Source: Octopus vulgaris
Taxonomy: Eukaryota
DNA length: 64,000 nucleotides
Direction: 5' to 3'
Assembly (NCBI GenBank): GCA_951406725.2
Contig: OX597819.1
Span: 36,270,001 to 36,334,000 of the forward strand
The notes beneath the pieces are model-generated. The model was not told the origin of the DNA and did no database searches. It was given only the letters and a program-made list of their open reading frames with translations. Below, piece by piece: positions 1-12,983 of the stretch; position 1 is the first letter of the stretch; each line of letters opens with the position of its first letter. Both the position numbers and the translations under genes were made by a program.

Positions 1-167
1 TGTGCTCTGTTGACCTTTGTCACTCCTTTGTTTGCCCATAACACACTTAAGGAAATGCTACTACTCATGTTAAAAACCACTGTTTTATAAAAGTAAACTT
101 TCAGTTATTGATCCATTGAGGCCTACTTTTCTGCTCAGCTCAACATTGTAGACAGATGTTTCTGCCT

Positions 168-381
168 GTGGCGAGCTGGCAGAAACATTAGCATGCTGGG
201 CGAAATGCTTAGTGGTATTTCGTCTGTCGTTATGTTCTGAGTTCAAATTCGGCCAAGGTCGACTTTGTCTTTCATCCTTTCAGGGTCGATAAATTAAGTA
301 CCATGTAATCTACTTAATCCCTTTATCTGTCCTTGTTTGTCCCCTCTATATTTAGCCCCTTGTGGGCAATAAAGAAATAAG
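168..381 (+). mobile_element. tRNA-derived SINE family A (ggcggcgagctggcagaa... head)
   Basis: A/B-box-like head (gagttcaaattcc), shared body gtcgactttgcctttcatcctttcggggtcgataaa, tail aagaaatag; many copies in the window. Confidence 0.9.
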
Positions 382-884
382 ATGTAACTAATTCTGAAAA
401 TTCTAATTAAAAAAAAACATCTTTTTGATATAAAAATCTTATTTGTTCTCAGATTATTTCATTGTTTGATGGTCATTCCACATTATTCCAAGCATGTTGG
501 GCTGTCCTTAGGCATGTTTATTACAGCTTTTGCCAGGTTCCATGGTTTTGCACTGCAAGGCATGTCATTGAAATGGCATGTCAATTGTAAGCTTATCTTT
601 TAAGATTAAGAGGTATTTTGCTTTTAAACATGGAACTTTTCTCCATGATGTGCTCGACTAAAGGCGGTGCTCCAGCATGGTCGCAGTCAAATGACTGAAA
701 CAAGTAAAAGTGTAAGAGAGAGTAGTTATTTTCAACTCTTGCAGCATTACATTAAATGTGCTCTTTACTCTCACGAAATATGCAATATTTATTTTTGTTT
801 TGTATTCTCTTATGAGCTAATGTTTCTTAGCCATTATTATGTATAACATTCTTCTACTGTTGGACTAAAATTTGCATGAAATTA

Positions 885-1438
885 TTCTGACCACTATTTA
901 TATTATAATATTAAATTAGTTCTGGTTACCGTTTTTGTTATAGAATAGTTCTGGTCACTGCTTTTATTAGAAAATTGAAATAGTTCTGGCCACTGTTTTT
1001 ATTATAAAATTAAATTAGTTCTGGCCACTGTTTTTATTGTAAAATTAAATTAGTTCTGGCCACTGCTTTTATTAGAAAATTGAAATAGTTCTGGCCACTG
1101 TCTTGATTATAAAATTAAATTAGTTCTGGCCACTGTTTTTATTATAAAATTAAATTAGTTCTGGCCACTGTTTTTATTATAAAATTGAATTAGTTCTGGC
1201 CACTGTCTTGATTATAAAATTAGATTAGTTCTGGCCACTGTTTTTATTATAAAATTGAATTAGTTCTGGCCACTGTTTTTATTATAAAATTGAATTAGTT
1301 CTGGCCACTGTCTTGATTATAAAATTAAATTAGTTCTGGCCACTGTTTTTATTATAAAATTAAATTAGTTCTGGCCACTGTTTTTATTATAAAATTGAAT
1401 TAGTTCTGGCCACTGTTTTTAACATAAAATTAAATTAG
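885..1438. repeat. 35-bp minisatellite, ~16 copies
   Basis: Unit tagttctggccactgtttttattataaaattaaat. Confidence 0.95.
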
Positions 1439-2493
1439 TAAATTGTTGAAATATTTACCTTTTGTTCCCATTTCTTTCCTTTGCTCTGAATTATAAGTTG
1501 TCTGACATAGGCATTCATGTTATGACAAGACTTGTGAACTTTTTACATTATCATGCTTGTGTGATTTGTCAAAATCTTATTGTCTCTCATCAAAAGGAAA
1601 CCTTCAACCTTTAATCCCTCACCATTCTAAATATCTTATTCATCTGCCAGGAATCATATATAACGTATACTATTTAATTTTAAAATCAATCCACATTCCA
1701 AAAAGCTTTTATCAAGGAAACCAGTTCATATTCAAAAATTGTGAGTAAGGTTTAAAATAAGAAAACTCACAGAGGTATGCTTTCGTTACAAATGTTATTG
1801 GTAGATTTAGGGGTTTTACTTTCAATCATTAATATATCACTGTCTTTCTGTGTGCAGGAAGTGAGGTATCCATCATCAACAACTCCACTAGCTTGATAAA
1901 AGAAACAAAAAATAGAAGAAAATATTTTAAAAGACTTATAGAAAATTAATTCATCTGGAAGTTATTTTAAAATGACATTTTTATCTCTGAAAAAGTAAAT
2001 AGTTGAAAGAGATTTTAATGTATATTCTAGTTATTCTGGTATATGAAAAAAAGCATCTGGAACTGGCTGTAATATGGTTTATGATAGGAAGGGTCTCAAC
2101 CATAGAAACCATGTTAAACAGACACTGCAACATGAAGCCATTGTTAAGTCCATCGGATCCTGTCAATCCATCCAATCCGTACCGGTATGGAAGATTTTCA
2201 ATAAATGATTATAATAATAAGCTAGCAGTACAGTAAGAATATTGGAAAAAATCCTGTGACATTCCTTCTAGTCTTTACATAAAGTGGTAAACTGGCAGAA
2301 TCATAAAGGAGTCAGCAAAAAGCCTATGGTATTTCTTCCAGTTATTTATGTTATGATTTCAAATCCTGCCAAAATCAACTTTACTTTTCATCCTTCTGAA
2401 GTTGATAAGTACCTGTCAATTTAATTGATGAAACCCTTCCTCCTAAAAGCTGCTTGCTTTGTATCTAAATTAGAAACAGTTATTGCAAGCCAA

Positions 2494-2965
2494 CTAAATA
2501 CTAGTGAAGACATACATCATCTTGAAAGAGTCCAGAAGCTGGCTATCCGCATGGTTCTTGGTCTCAAGTATTTGTCTTATGAAGAAAGGCTGAAGACGCT
2601 CGACCTTTATTCTCTTGAAAAACGCCGCCACCGTGGTGATCTCATTCTTGCTCACAACATCATAAGTGGAAAGTGTAACCTCTCGAAAGAGCTGTTCTTC
2701 ACTCCTGCTCCAGAGTGTGGGCTTCGGGGTCACTCTGAAAAGCTGTATCTACAACGATTTCATCTCAATCGAAGGAGTTGTGGATCTGTGGAATAAGCTG
2801 CCGGATGAGATAGTGAAGATGCTGACGACCGCTCGGTTCAAAGTCACTCTTGACCAGAAATGGCCTGAACTCTTTGTATGACCACCCCGCCTGTACATGA
2901 CTCTCTGTCCCCCTACATGGCCTTGCTTTTGCTTTTTGAGCCAATAAAAATTGAATTGAATTGAG
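2494..2965 (+). mobile_element. CR1-clade LINE, 5'-truncated 3' end
   Basis: [41 protein letters not shown] is the typical CR1 ORF2 C-terminus; tail (TTGAA)n. Confidence 0.9.
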
Positions 2966-3802
2966 TTTCATAAGGATGATATCACAAATTTACATCTACA
3001 TAGAACTTAATGAAAGGGGCTCTTGAAAATTACTGTGGAGGTAACAGGATATGAACTCTTAACTCTTTGGGTACTTGTTTATTATCCAATTACTTTGGAT
3101 AATAAACTTCCCATGCAGGAAGTCATATCTCTATATTCGATAATTTTCATTAAATAAAATTAAAAACAAACATTCATACTATAAAGAAAATTATAAAGAA
3201 CAAATATGAACAGTAAAATGAATAAATATGCAAAATGTGCAAAATGGTTTTCGATTCTTCATGAAATAAAGGTGTTTTCAAAAAATTGCTGACTTAAAAA
3301 TTAAGCATTCAATGTATTTTTCCCTGTTCTATGATATGAGTGGAGCTGGGGTACTGTCTTGAAAGGGTTAGTCAAACATATCAAACTCAGTATTTATTAT
3401 AAGTCTGAGCTACAAGGGTATAGGATATAAATGGATCAACACTGGTTGTCATGTGGTAGGAGAGGACAAACACAATGGCACACACAAAATACCTGCACAC
3501 ACACACACACACACACACACACGTATGCATACATAAATACATACATGCAGGGATTCATAATGCATGCATGGATACATACATACATACATACATACATACA
3601 TACATTCACATATAATTGGCTTCCACACAATTTCCATCAACCAAATTCACTCACAAGGCATTGATTGGCCTGAGGTTATAATAGAAGACACTTGCCCAAG
3701 GTGCCATACGGTGGGACAACACCTGAAACCATGTCGCTGCAAAGTAAGGTTCTTAATCACAAAAACCACGCCTCTTACACAAAGTATATCTGAATTACTT
3801 AC

Positions 3803-4062
3803 TTGGTTCTGATGCAGTCTGAGAAAAATATGCCCTTTGTGGTTGTGGAGCAGAATATGTTAAATTTATCCAAGAATAGTTTGGTTCTTGACTTTCAATA
3901 AAAGTGGAAGAAGCGCCATTACTAAGACTGGAAACACAACTTCCAGTTTGCCGACTGTAACCTCGAATAAGTTGGCTTGATTCTTGGCTGTCTCCCACTC
4001 GCTGCTCATCCAGAGGCCGTAATATTTGCTTGCAGAGCTTCATTTCTCTAAAATGTTCAGAC
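3803..4062 (-). CDS. RGS22: RGS22/RGSL1-like gene, exon (RSEHFREMKLCKQILRPL...SQTASEP); gene continues past window start
   Basis: Acceptor atatctttccag, donor CCAA|gtaagt, 260 nt open (ORF 3795..4082), phase 2 to 1. It completes RLPLFIRSEHFREMKLCK, resembling RGS22 RLPAFLESDCYFEYRLAK. Confidence 0.85.
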
Positions 4063-4174
4063 CTGGAAAGATATGGAAACAAAACATGGTTTATTATTTT
4101 TTGTGGTTTTTTTTACTCTAAAACAGCTTTCACCTATATTTTTGCACAATTTATTTCAAAGTAGCATTCATATA

Positions 4175-4407
4175 TATTTCTTTACTACCTACAAGGGGCT
4201 AAACACAGAGGGGACAAACAAGGACACACAAAGGGATTAAGTCGATTACATCGACCCTAGTGCATGACTGGTACTTAATTTATCGACCCTGAAAGGATGA
4301 AAGGCAATGTTGACCTTGGCAGAATTTGAACTCGGAACGTAACGACAGAAGAAATACGGCTAAGCATTTCGCCCGGCGTGCTGACGTTTCTGCCAGCTTG
4401 CCGCCTC
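4175..4407 (-). mobile_element. SINE family A
   Basis: Full-length reverse copy. Confidence 0.9.
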
Positions 4408-5024
4408 AATAGCAGCATTCATATATATGCAGGTATAAATAGGTAGATATCCAAATCTACAATACAAGATTGACTCTTGGTCACATGACATCACTATGCT
4501 TACTCCACATTCTTACAATATTTGGCTGCAGACAGTATTTTAGAGAAGGATGTGGTCCTGCCAGATCAATTATCAACTTATTGATGTGATATAGTAAATA
4601 ACACTTCAATTGTTGTCTGAATTTCAGTAAGGGTTTGTATTTTTAGGTTCTCTTTTATATCTCAATTGGCAACTGGTGCTTTACTGAAAAGCACCAGTCC
4701 AGCAATACTTGTATATATTAAGTCCTCTGTTCCATACAAGGTTAAAATTGGTTTCAAATTTTGCCACAAGGGTAGCAATTCCAGGGGAGGGGTAAATCAA
4801 TTACATCAATCCTAGTATTCAATTGTTACTTATTTTCTCAATCCTGAAAGGATGAAAGGTAAAGTCGACTTCAGTGGAAATTGAATTCAGAATGTAAAGA
4901 TAGATGAAATGCTGCTAAGTGTTTTGTCTGGCATGCTTGCTGTCTTAATACAAGGCTAATATTAAATGATATAAACTATTCTGTGAGGAAGACACACAAT
5001 TATGCCCAAAATACACATGTATTC

Positions 5025-5457
5025 TAAGCATGGCTGTGTGGTTAAGAAGCTCACTTTGCAAGTTTGTGGGTTTGGGTTCAGTTCCACTGTGCAGTACCTT
5101 AAGCAAGGGTTTCCTGCTATTGCCCTGCAGTGACCAATGTTTTGTGAGTAAATTTGGTAGACAGAAACTGTGAGAAAGCTCATTGTCTCTGTCTGTCTGA
5201 CTCTCTCTCCACACACACACACACATATATGAATGTATATATGTTATATATGTATGTGTGTATCTTTGTGTCTGTCTCCCCACCACTTGACAATCAGTAT
5301 TGGGTTGTTTACTTTGTGGTTTGGCAAAACTGACCAATAGAACAAGTGCCAGACTTTAAAAACTAAGTACTGATATTAATTTATTCAACTAAACATATCA
5401 AGGTGGCGCCCCAGCATGGCTACAGTCAGGTGACTGAAACAAATAAAAAATAAAAGA
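5025..5457 (+). mobile_element. tRNA-derived SINE family B (ggctgtgtggtaag... head, internal microsatellite)
   Basis: Head gggttcagtcccactg, CORE-like ccttgggcaagt, tail cagcatggccgcagtcaaatgactgaaacaagtaaaag. Confidence 0.85.
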
Positions 5458-5540
5458 TACTGTATACATTTGTTCAAATGTAATTAATTAGATTACTTGG
5501 TGTCGGAAGTTAATTTGCAAGAATAGCTTTCTAAACTAGC

Positions 5541-5716
5541 CTTATAAAAAGTGGTAGTCTTCTGTACTGTGCCCATGAAAGCATCATCTCACATTCTTCT
5601 GATGTAGCTCCATACTGAGACAAGGGTGTTTTTGCAGAACCATTTTCATTAATATTTGGTTGGCTATCCTCAAAAGCTCCTGTTAAACGGTTATAAGATA
5701 AACCAATTGGAAAAAC
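5541..5716 (-). CDS. RGS22: RGS22/RGSL1-like gene, exon (VFPIGLSYNRLTGAFED...MLSWAQYRRLPLFI)
   Basis: Acceptor tttcgtttttcag, 176 nt open, phase 0 to 2, ending at the GC donor AAG|gctagt. W..RLP.F is the RGS22/RGSL1 motif. Confidence 0.85.
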
Positions 5717-6346
5717 CTGAAAAACGAAATTTGAAAATAGTAATTTCCTTTTAACAATAATACAGCCCCATCCATATTAAAAAAATGTATTTATTAATTG
5801 TCTAATCAGAAACACAAATTGTTATTATAGGGTTTCAATAGAAATGTTTGGGTTTCAAAATCCTTATTTGAAAATTGGTTCAAAAACTGTCTTTGTTCTG
5901 AGATTGAAAGATATTGTAAACCTATAAATTTGTACTTCAATTTTTTTCTTAATTTATGATAATATTCTATATGATGTGACTACTCTTGGTGACATGAAAA
6001 TGTTAAGACTATATTTTTACCACCAAATACAACATCGTTATTGCAGTTAATAGATCAGGAGTGATACAGTGGGATTCAAGGCTGATATTACAGAAGTCAT
6101 AGAAAGAATCATTCAACTTGATTTACATCAAAAATATCTAGAATACGTGTCATACATGACAGTAAATGACTCACATGTTGTGGACCTCAATCTCAATGAT
6201 GAAGTCATTGTAAAATTAAGAGGAGAATGTGATATGATGAAGATAGTCATTAAGATATTGCACTAAGATGATATAATAAAAAAAAGACAATATTCTCAGT
6301 TAAAGAAATCAATGCTGTTTAAAAATTTTTTGAAGATGGAAATCCA

Positions 6347-6394
<48 letters not shown>

Positions 6395-6396
<2 letters not shown>

Positions 6397-7005
6397 CATC
6401 ATCATCATTTAACGTCCGTTTTCCATGCTGGCATGGGTTAGACTGTTTGACTGAGGTCTGGAGAGCCAGCAGCTGCATCAGGCTCCAAACTTATCTGGCA
6501 ATGTTTCCACAGTTGGATGCCCTTCCTAACACCAGCCACTCTGACAGTGTAGTAGGTGCTTTTTATGTGCCACTGGCACAAGAGCCAGTCAGGCAGGCCT
6601 GTCATCGATCATGTTCAGATAGTGCATTTTACATGCCACCGGCACGGGGGCTAGTCAGTGGGTACTGGTATCGATCATGTTCAGATAATGCTTTTTACAC
6701 GCCACCAGCATGGGAGCCAGTCAGGGGATATTGGCATTGGCCACATTCAGATGGTGCTTTTTATGTGCCACCAGCATGGGAGCCAGTCAAGGGGCATTGG
6801 CCACAGCTACGATTTTGGTTTTACTTGACTCAACAGGTCTTCTCAAGCATATTATATCACTGGACACATCAGTGGTACTCTTGACTGGGCCAGACATGCA
6901 TGGCTGCAATCTCACTTTAGTTTTCGGGTCTTCTCAATCACAGCATATCTCCAAAGATCTTGGTCTCCTGTCATTGCCTCTGTGAGGCCCAATGTTTGAA
7001 GGTCA
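6395..7005 (-). mobile_element. RTE-clade LINE 3' UTR fragment
   Basis: (CAT)n, then ttaacgtccgttttccatgc...ggatgcccttcct, as at the end of the 58825-60975 element. Confidence 0.8.
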
Positions 7006-7892
7006 TTTCTATGATTTCATCAGCCTCAAGTTCTTGCCTCTCTGTTTCTCTGATTGTAGTCCCAAGGATTACCACATGTGGGGCGCAGATGAGTAAGACA
7101 CCAACCACTCTACTTACAGAACCAAAGAAGAGCTGGTGGCCAAGATAATGGAGGTGGCAGAAGATCTTCCCAGGAACACAGTGAGGAATGCACACACTAG
7201 ATTCTGGAGCTGTCTTGAGGGGCTGTGGTGGAAGGTGAGGGCAGCTACTTAGAATAAACTGTTATATCCCAGCCATAATCTAGTTGATATTTTTTGACTT
7301 TTTAAAATACTTTCATTTTTAGATGGGATATTGTATTTTCTTTTCCTTTTACCTAAACATCCTGTGTATCAACTTTCATGCACTTTTTTCTGTAAGGGAT
7401 TTAAGAAAATTAAAAGGTTAATATTTTTGAATGGCAAAACTTCTGCTGACTCTTCTGTCACAACTTTCTCTCACATTTTCCTCCTGCATCTTGCAGCTCA
7501 CCTGTGACGGACTGGCGTCCTGTCCAGGTGGGGAACCTATACGCCAAGAAACCAGGAAACCAGGCATGGCTCGAGAATGAACAAATAACAAACAGCACAT
7601 ACTCTAGATATGGCACTGATGGCATGAAGCATGCGACTATGTGCACATATTTTATTCCATTTTCAGTATGTCATGGAATGAACACCTCATTAATACAAGA
7701 AACTTCTAAAAGTATCAAATAGCATTTGAGAAAACCGAATTTGCTTTGCTGGACACTAGAGCTGGCTAGAGACATCCTACTTTAAATGTCTCAATGTCAT
7801 TGTAATTGCATTGATTTAAGTATTGTGAAAATATACATCAATCAGTTAAAAGATGACATGTAATGTAACCAACAGGAACTACCACATACCAT

Positions 7893-8015
7893 GGATGATG
7901 ATGGTGGTGGTGGTGGTGGTAGTGGTGGTGGTAGTGATGGTGATGATCATGATTATGATATAGTAGTAGTAGTAGTAGAGGTAGTAGTAGTAGTAGTAGT
8001 AGTAGGAGTAGTAGG

Positions 8016-8050
<35 letters not shown>

Positions 8051-8058
8051 TAGTAGTA
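7893..8058. repeat. Compound trinucleotide microsatellite (GAT/GGT/AGT/GCA)
   Basis: Seen directly. Confidence 0.95.
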
Positions 8059-8944
8059 CTTGAACGATGGAGTTGTGAAAATTACAGTGATCTTGCAGCA
8101 TCCTTTATCCACAGTAATTGATGCATTTACTGTATATTTAAAGCACTGATTAGTTGGTTGACAACAGGAAATACCCATCATTATTAAGTATAAAACAGAT
8201 TGATTTGGATCCAATTTCAGCAATTAACCTGAAATTCAGCTTTGATAATTCTAAATTTGTAATTACTAATACTGTCCAAATTATTAGATGAAAAAATAGG
8301 GGCTGAAAATGTGCCAAGAATTATCAGAAATGTATCAAAAATAGAGCTGTGACTTCCTGTATGAGCTTTTGATAATCACATATGGGTTTTTTTTTTATTA
8401 TGTAAAAGCTTAATTCATATACAATAGTCTTAGTGACAGGTATATGTACATTAGAGACAAGTTTATAGAGGAATCAACTCTAATTTCTCTATAAACATCT
8501 TACAGAATTTCAAAATATGAATCACATTCCTTGGAGTTGATTGGATGCCCTTTTTTTTTCCTTCAATGTACAATGTCTACGTAGCTACGTAGAAGAAATA
8601 CTTATGAGAAAAATTTGACTCTATGATGTTAGAAGCAGTGCAGAAGCACCTTTATAAACTTAACACAGTGTCATGACAGTTTTTGTTCTGCTTTATAAGT
8701 TGAAGTAGTATAAACCAATGCACTAGGTTGCTTATACTCGTATACACACACAGGTCTACGCAATTTTCAGCTTGCCCACACATACATACTCATGCACTCA
8801 CCCCCATTCACATATACACACTCACACTCACCATTCTCACATACACACATGTGCTTGCACACCTTAGCTTCGTCTGGGTTACTGTTCTTATCTCCCTTTC
8901 ATTCAGCCTCTTTCTTCTAGCCATTTCATCATGTTGAACTATTA

Positions 8945-9455
8945 CCGTAAATCCTTGAGTATAATCTGCATTTTTTCCCCAAAATTTAAAGGTCAAAATC
9001 CCTAATGCGTACTATATACAAGGTTAAAAATGAAAAATATTTTCTAAACAATGTCCGAGTTTCTATTTACTGTTCGGCAATGTTTATTCAGACGCATTTT
9101 GTGATGTCGGGTACGAAAATACCTTAAGCTAAGCCTGAAAGCAATGAAGTCATAAAAGAATCATCCATAACTTGCAGTAAGCAACATTTATTAAATGTTA
9201 TTACTGTTATTTCTTTATTTTCTGTAAACAAAATGCACAAAAAAGCTACACATTTGCATTATGTTATATATACAATAATAATAAAGGACATTACCGTATA
9301 CATTTTTACAAACCAAGGATGTATATAGACCTCCTTGACTCAAGTTAGAGAAGGGGTGCGTATTATACACAACGTTTAGGTTTTTCAGAGGAACAACTCC
9401 CTAAAAATCCCCTGTGTATTATACTCAAGGGCAGACTATACTCGAGGATTTACGG
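8945..9455. mobile_element. Tc1/mariner-superfamily MITE
   Basis: TIRs ccgtaaatccttgagtata / tatactcgaggatttacgg with TA target duplication. Confidence 0.85.
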
Positions 9456-9469
9456 TAATCCCTAATATT

Positions 9470-9635
9470 TTCTTTCTCTCTCCATTTTTTCCCATTTTCT
9501 CTCTGTTTTTTACCTCTTAATCCTTTCTGTCAAAGAGCGTAGGTTTGAAACGTCAGAGACTTTTCCATTCTTCCCGAGTGTTAAACTAATACACCTGCTT
9601 GTTATTTCTTCACCTGTCTTTGTCTTGTGTTGTCT
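9470..9635 (+). mobile_element. Penelope-like terminal repeat (same family as 44000-44277), interrupted by a SINE
   Basis: ctgtcaaagagcgtaggtttgaaacgtc...actaatacacctgcttgtt aligns by eye with 44150-44260. Confidence 0.55.
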
Positions 9636-10036
9636 ACTCTTTTACTCTTTTACTTGTTTCAGTCATTTGACTGTGGCCATGCTGGAGCACTGCCTTTAGT
9701 CGAGGAAATCGACGACAGGACTTATTCTTTGTAAGCCTAGTACTTATTCTATCGGTCTCTTTTTGCCGAACCGCTAAGTTACGGGGACATAAACACACCA
9801 GCATCGGTTGTCAAGCGATGTTGTGGGGACTGACATATACACACACACATACATATAAACATATAGACATATATTTGACGGGCTTCTTTCAGTTTCCGTC
9901 TACCATATCCACTCACAAGGCTTTGGTTGGCCTGAGGCTATAGTAGAAGACACTTGCCCAAGATGCCACGCAGTGGGACTGAACCCGGAACCATGTGGTT
10001 GGTAAGCAAGGTACTTACCACCCAGCCACTCCTATG
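9636..10036 (-). mobile_element. SINE family B
   Basis: Full-length reverse copy. Confidence 0.9.
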
Positions 10037-10939
10037 CCTTTCTGTAAATTTTAACTATATAAACCAAGGACACTGAGTTTCTCATAGAATTCATATTCAT
10101 CAACAGAATTCAAAAAGGTGTGTGAAGATAGATACATTGAAACTATATACACTACAGGCTTCTGTGTTTTTTTCACCCACATTCAGCTCTCTTGTCATAG
10201 CCAATTACTTTAGTTCTATACTGTATAATACAAAAATGGGTATGTGTGTGTGTCACATTGGACAGCTTAATTGCAAATGCATTCCAACTGCTGTGTATAA
10301 CCCTCATGCCATTTCTATCCTTGAATTTCATTTGTAGAAATGTAAGACTACAAATCCAATTTTGACAGTTAAGTAAATAGAAGCTTTACCTGAAGCCAAA
10401 ATGAAGTGTATAATAGTAAATGAATTATATTGAATCACATTAAAGCAGTACATGATTGCAATGTCTCAGAATTGTATCAGAGGTGACCTATTCCTTGCAA
10501 CAAAATGCAATGCCGAGCTATATGGTTAAAGAGTTTGCTTCACTACCTTGTGGTTGTTTTGGGTTCAATCCCATTGCACTGCCCTTTGGTCAAGCATCTT
10601 CTGTCAGAGTCTTGGGCTGATCAAAGTGAGTAGAATTTTGTAGATAGAAACTGTGTGGAGAGACCATTCTCAAACATGAGTATTGACTTAATTTTAACTC
10701 CACTACCTGCATCATGGATGTTTTATAGAGTACACCTTGTTGTTAAGAATCAAGTTGGGTCTCTGGGCCAAGGATAATTTCCATCAGGTATGTAGGCTAT
10801 AAAAAATGAGGCCAGGAGCTCTGCACTTCTACATTTGTCTAAGCCCTTAATTACCCGACAACCATTCAATAACACCATTACAATGTGTAATGTTACTCAA
10901 GATGTTTTCCAAATAAATCCAATTGCTTAAATAATTATT

Positions 10940-11332
10940 TCAAATTTTTGCCATAAGAGCAGCTTAAGGGAGGTGGGGATGAGTCGATTACATTGATCCC
11001 AGTGTTCCACAGGTACTTATTTTATCGATCCCAAAAGGATGAAAGGCAAAGTTGACCTCAGCAGAATTTGAACTCAGAACATAGCAGCAGACGAAATACC
11101 TATTTCTTTATTACCCACAAGGAGCTAAACACAGAGAGGACAAACAAGGACAGACATAGGTATTAAGTCGATTACATCGACCCCAGTGCATAACTGGTAC
11201 TTAATTTATCGACCCCGAAAGGATGAAAGGCAAAGTCGACCTCGGCGGAATTTGAACTCAGAACGTAGCGGCAGACGAAATACCGCTAATCATTTCGCAC
11301 AGCATGCTAATGACTCTGCCAGCTCACTGCCT
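10940..11332 (-). mobile_element. SINE family A, dimeric form
   Basis: Full unit followed by a headless second unit with a different tail. Confidence 0.9.
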
Positions 11333-11691
11333 TCTCAACTGCTTAAATAAGGACACACTAAGTACAGCTTATAATCAATGGAAGTATTAGTGAATCTACA
11401 GTGGATGTGAATGCTTATTAGTCACAAATACAGTGACAAATTACATTAGTAGCAATAATGATAACGGTTATAATAGTACATACTACATCTAGTAATGTAA
11501 GCACTTATATGAGGCAAGCTGGAAACTTTGATTAATCAAGACACTAGCTGCACTGAGGAGAGCTAAGCTCACATCTACCTTAGAGAAAGGTTGATTAAAT
11601 TGATATCTCAATAGCCATAAATATTTATGCATAACGTTACCAAGTATAATATGTATAACAATTTTGGGGGCTTAAATTGTGTTAAAAACTT

Positions 11692-12082
11692 TGGAGTGGC
11701 TGTGTGGTAAGTAGCTTGCTTACCAACCACATGGTTCCGGGTTCAGTCCCACTGCGTGGCTTCTTGGGCAAGTGTCTTCTGCTATATCCCCGGGCCGACC
11801 AAAGCCTTGTGAGTGGATTTGGTAGACGGAAACTGAAAGAAGCCTGTCGTATGTATGTATATATATGTATGTGTGTATGTTTGTATGTCTGTGTTTGTCA
11901 ACCGATGCTGGTGTGTTTACGTCCCCGTCACTTAGCGGTTCGGCAAAAAGAGACCGATAGAATAAGTACTGGGCTTACAAAGAATAAGTCCTGTCGTTGA
12001 TTTGCTCGACTAAAGGCGGTGCTCCAGCATGGCCACAGTCAAATGACTGAAACAAGTAAAAGAAAAAAAAAAGAAAAAAAAA
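11692..12082 (+). mobile_element. SINE family B
   Basis: Full-length copy. Confidence 0.9.
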
Positions 12083-12674
12083 AGCTATGCTGTTGCAGTG
12101 CTACTACAAGGGTTGATAATCAACTATAATCTAGTGTGTTAGTTTCTTTAATATTTAATTTCATTCCCTATTTAAGCCAGCTGTTGCAACTTTCCAACCA
12201 GACCAGTGTACTATTTCTTGCAGAAGGCTGATCTAAAACCCAGACAACTGAAAAAAAGTCACCAAGGAGATAGACACGGCAGCTGAAACCAACTCAAGGC
12301 AGTTATGGTCGACAAGAGATCACATGTGGAAACATTCTGCAGAGAAAACGTGATTCAGTTCTAGCTGCCCCACTCAGGTAAAGCATACTGACTAATGAGT
12401 GATGTGCTTGTGACCCTGAGCTACTTGATGGTATGAAAGGGCTTTAAACATTGCAATGGACTCAGAAGAAGAGCTTGCTATACCTCTGAGTAGTTCCTGT
12501 AATGTGAGAGCAAGTGGCTCACTGGTTATGGGGTTGTATTCACAATTGCAAGTTTCAAGTTTTCAATTCTCTGATCAGGCTGTGCGTTGTACAGCACTTG
12601 CGAGTAAAACACTTAATTTACTTTTTGCCTTGATCACTTCAACATCTGACATGTAGCACACCATGCACAAGGCA

Positions 12675-12983
12675 TGGAGGCACATGGCCTAGTGGTTAGA
12701 GCAGCGGACTTGCGGTCGAGGGATTGCGGGTTTGAATCACAGACCAGGCGATGTGTGTGTTTATGAGCGAAAACACCTAAGTTCCATGCGGCTCCGGCAG
12801 AAGGTAATGGCGAAACGTCTGCTGACTCTTTCGCCACTACTTTCTCTCACTCTTTCCTCCTGCATCTTGCAGCTCACCTGCGACAGACTGGCGTCCCATC
12901 CAGGTGGGGAACCTATATGCCAAGAAATCGGGAAACCGGCCCTTATGAGCCAGGCATGGCTCGAGAAGGAACAAACAACAAAA
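12675..12983 (+). mobile_element. tRNA-derived SINE family C (V/Meta-domain-like centre)
   Basis: Head ggaggcacatggcctagtggttagagcagcggac; centre cctgcgacggactggcgtcccatccaggt; other copies at 26678-26990 and 7428-7592. Confidence 0.9.

Noticed and set aside
885-1438. CRISPR-like regular array
   Set aside because: Units are directly tandem with no unique spacers; eukaryotic minisatellite. The same applies to 29901-30362.
1459-1626. Minus-strand exon candidate ending AAG|gtaaat
   Set aside because: Stops in all three frames and no phase-1-compatible continuation of the RGS-like gene.
12675-12750. tRNA genes at SINE heads
   Set aside because: Each head continues into a multicopy SINE body with no poly-T terminator.
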